Of a DNA stretch of 32,000 nt, positions 31,267 through 32,000 are shown in pieces. Position 1 is the first letter of the stretch; every line of letters starts with the position of its first letter. The notes beneath the pieces are model-generated. The model was given only the letters and a program-made list of their open reading frames with translations. It was not told the DNA's origin and searched no databases. Source of the DNA: Ignicoccus islandicus DSM 13165 (GTDB lineage Archaea; Thermoproteota; Thermoprotei_A; Sulfolobales; Ignicoccaceae); NCBI RefSeq assembly GCF_001481685.1, contig NZ_CP006867.1, positions 1,080,001 through 1,112,000 of the forward strand. The letters are read 5' to 3'. Both the position numbers and the translations under genes were made by a program.

Positions 31267-31905
31267 TCAAGCTATTTTGAAGGTTAGACCCTTTACCTCA
31301 TCTAGGGTATGTCTCTCAAACTTTATGCCGCCTTCGGTAATTATAGCCACGTCTATGCCTTCTCCCGAAGCAGTGTCTCTCTGGGTAGCGGCGTAGACTG
31401 CCTTGAGAGCTAACTTAACAGCTTCCTCTACCTCCATGTCTTCTCTATATTCAGCTTCTAAGACGCCTACTGCCATAGGCGATCCCGAGCCCGTTACGAG
31501 GAACTTCTCTTCTGCAACTGTTCCGAACCAATCCAAACTGAAGAGTCTCGGTGCCGTGTCGTAACCTCCTAATAGGAACTGAACTATGTATGGGTAATAC
31601 CTAGACGCTCCAAACAATATGTTGGAAAGGAAGGTGGCAGCTGCCCTTACGCTCATCCTTTTTCCGACGCTTAACTCATATCTCTTTACTTCGTTCCTCA
31701 GTACTTCGGCTAACATCTGAGCGTCTGCAACTAGGCCGGCCGTAGTTAAGGCCATGTAATCGGAAATCTTTATTATTTTTACCACGTTCTTGTGTACAAT
31801 CATGTTTCCAGCAGTAGCCCTCTTATCTGCCGCTAGAATTACTGCGTTTGAAGTCCTTATACCAACGGTAGTTGTGCCCTTGATTGGTTTAGGTTTATAG
31901 TCCAT
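31267..31905 (-). CDS. psmB: Proteasome beta subunit
   Basis: 212 aa. Short propeptide then the catalytic Thr in KG/TTTVGIR, plus GSGS.MA and other Ntn-hydrolase beta-subunit blocks. Confidence 0.9.
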   Translation of the reverse strand: MDYKPKPIKGTTTVGIRTSNAVILAADKRATAGNMIVHKNVVKIIKISDYMALTTAGLVADAQMLAEVLRNEVKRYELSVGKRMSVRAAATFLSNILFGASRYYPYIVQFLLGGYDTAPRLFSLDWFGTVAEEKFLVTGSGSPMAVGVLEAEYREDMEVEEAVKLALKAVYAATQRDTASGEGIDVAIITEGGIKFERHTLDEVKGLTFKIA

Positions 31906-32000
31906 TTTCTTATCCCTATGAGCTTGGCACTGTGGAAGGCAAAAAAACCGTTTACCTAAGCCTCTGCCTAGTCCAAGATTTCTTGTTCTGCCAACTGTAC

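Overview
Densely packed (roughly 90% coding) archaeal chromosomal segment. Hel308, PCNA, proteasome beta subunit, a Sec11-type signal peptidase, a Csa3-type regulator, TTTAAA-type TATA boxes, oligo-T terminators and heavily N-glycosylation-sequon-rich surface proteins point to a thermophilic crenarchaeon (Thermoprotei-like). No species call is possible from sequence alone. I support about 32 protein genes, one unannotated micro-ORF and one tRNA-Ala(UGC). Housekeeping genes: signal peptidase, argS, nadC-nadX, PCNA, speH, Hel308, a LeuA/LeuB-family pair, psmB, a CoA-disulfide reductase/NADH oxidase and a GDPD. Accessory or unusual content: (1) a Csa3-like CARF-wHTH regulator inside an ABC-2 exporter/RmlD-like gene string, with no CRISPR array or cas operon in the window; (2) a solo Cas4-family Fe-S nuclease next to a doubly membrane-anchored, sequon-rich coiled-coil protein; (3) a co-directional cluster in which two clearly paralogous Cys-containing secreted beta-propeller proteins, one fused to DUF2341 plus a LamG-like domain, sandwich the cytoplasmic disulfide reductase; (4) a 960-aa secreted protein with 23 full and 1 partial tandem 23-aa thrombospondin-type-3 Ca-binding repeats, whose DNA shows patchy homogenisation; (5) a short beta-CASP nuclease divergent from Hel308; (6) a degenerate PNP-fold protein translationally coupled to a Cys4 mini-protein and followed by an MgtE-like channel. 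I saw no CRISPR array, transposase, integrase or rRNA. Many longest-ORF starts are TTG or GTG, so several 5' ends are uncertain. All functional calls come from motif recognition by eye, and none has been checked against a database.
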